Assembly: GCF_025612915.1 (NCBI RefSeq)
Contig: NC_069116.1
Coordinates: forward strand, 6,218,123-6,282,122
Direction of reading: 5' to 3'
Source of the DNA: Crassostrea angulata
Taxonomy: Eukaryota
DNA length: 64,000 bases
Part shown: positions 62,801-64,000 of the stretch, piece after piece
How the letters are laid out: each line of letters opens with the position of its first letter
How positions within the stretch are numbered: position 1 is the stretch's first letter
Program-made: the position numbers and the translations under genes
The notes under the pieces: model-generated
What the model saw: only the letters and a program-made list of their open reading frames with translations
Told to the model about the DNA's origin: nothing
The model's database searches: none

Positions 62801-63535
62801 TCCAAAGTCAAACGGTCGGACGCCAAAGTCCGATGGTGACGGAATAACACTGTCTGTGATGTCACGTCATGACGACGTCATGGAAAACGTCGAACTAGCA
62901 ATTCAAAACCACAAGATGGGAGCGACAGGCTATCCGGACGATCGATTCATGAGACATTTTGACAAAGTGAAGGAAAAAAGGAGAGACAAACGATGCCAGT
63001 CCGGATATTTTTTCCGTTTAACGCGAGATGCAAAAAAGTAAATAAAAGGCGTAGCATTAGTCATAATATTGTGAATAGGAATTAACGGTAGAGGACTGCA
63101 AAAACGAAATAAAATGCATATCGTGTACTAATAACTCTCACAATTTTAAAACGTGCTTTGAATTAGTCGATGACGATCAAATCTAGAAGAAATGTGTTGA
63201 GAACTTGGGAGAGAAGCTGAAATAGTTGAAATAGTTGAAATAGTTATTACCATAATCTGAATTTATCCTATTTATTTTCACTTCAATTTGAATGCATTTT
63301 ATTCTAAAGTACATGTAACAAGCCCACTGTAATTTATCGTGAAGCATACAGACAGATTATATATATATTACGGAAACAATATTTGTGTTTTTATGGGAAC
63401 AATTAGAACCATCAGACTTTGGCGACTGCACGCGGACCATTTGACTTTCGCATGCTTAACCATCGGGGTTTAGCGCAGACCATCGGACTTTGGTGTGACC
63501 ATCGGGCTTTAGAGTGCCATCACACTCTGGAGTCC
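62798..63535. mobile_element. Non-autonomous DNA-transposon-like element (MITE-like, about 740 bp) with about 42-bp imperfect TIRs containing ccaaagtc.gatggt subrepeats, flanked by TA
   Basis: Left end gactccaaagtcaaacggtcggacgccaaagtccgatggtgac; right end gtgaccatcgggctttagagtgccatcacactctggagtc. TA dinucleotides flank both ends, inserted at the edge of an (AT)n tract. Internal 61-aa ORF 62856–63041 of unknown meaning. Confidence 0.55.
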
Positions 63536-64000
63536 TACATTTATATATACAGGGTGAAGAACAATGAGAAATCTATAAAACAGTAGTATTTTCAGTTTAT
63601 GCATTCAAAACATTTAAAACATTTTGTATTTATTTTCGTTGCCTCTAAACCAAAGGTGCGGTGCATGTCCGAGATGAAATAATCACACATTGCAAAAACA
63701 TTTTTATTGTTAAATATCAGACTTTTTCTTTTTACATTGCGCTTAAAATGTACCTAAGGATATCAGTTTTAAGAAAATTCCTTGGTTGAAAAATATGAAA
63801 ATTGATTGAAGAACGTATGGTTAGGTCTTAAAAATAATTTTTCTTTTCAAACTTATATAATTCCTGTTTTGTATGTCTGACTAAGGCAGGGTGACTCAGG
63901 ATATCTGATACCATTGAAAACTCGTAAAAAATAAACAATTATTGGCCAATATTTGTAAATTGTGGTTCAAATGAAATAAAAAAATCTTTTAAAATTGTTT

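Noticed and set aside
62856-63041. 61-aa ORF as an independent gene
   Set aside because: It lies entirely inside a TIR-bounded, TA-flanked MITE-like element and is not recognisable. It is kept only as a note on that element.

Overview
This is a eukaryotic, AT-rich, intron-containing nuclear genome fragment. Its repeat content looks bivalve/mollusc-like. Four protein-coding loci are supported by splice-phase-consistent exon chains. (1) On the + strand, the 3' part of a neuralized-like 4 (NEURL4-like) gene runs as exons from 249 to 9049 and encodes neuralized-homology-repeat (NHR) domains 3–6 plus a C-terminal region; its introns hold a 5'-truncated LINE, MITE/satellite composites and a 36-bp minisatellite that duplicates the exon-4 5' splice site. 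(2) On the + strand, a complete five-exon RANGRF/MOG1 orthologue (16769–18563) has a hairpin MITE in intron 1. (3) On the − strand, a CARD-containing caspase-like gene (23511 down to 20056) has the catalytic His in SRG instead of SHG and QTCSD instead of QACRG, so it is likely a pseudo-caspase or recent pseudogene. (4) A + strand tandem cluster (34.5–57.6 kb) holds four paralogous genes for small secreted four-cysteine (VWC-subdomain-like) proteins (S1–S4), plus two decayed S1-type copies (a third similar promoter/exon-1 remnant at 59.9–60.2 kb); three S1-type copies share a TATA-containing promoter motif. The remainder is mobile-element debris and simple repeats: a − strand LINE, a + strand CR1/L2-like LINE, a Tc1/mariner fragment, a Penelope-like GIY-YIG remnant, a foldback element, a TA-flanked MITE inside an (AT)n tract, 'hairpin + (CCGT)n + tandem repeat' composites, and long (TA)n microsatellites. 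There are no rRNA, tRNA or CRISPR features. Splice sites and domain assignments come from reading the sequence against remembered family consensus; no database search was possible.
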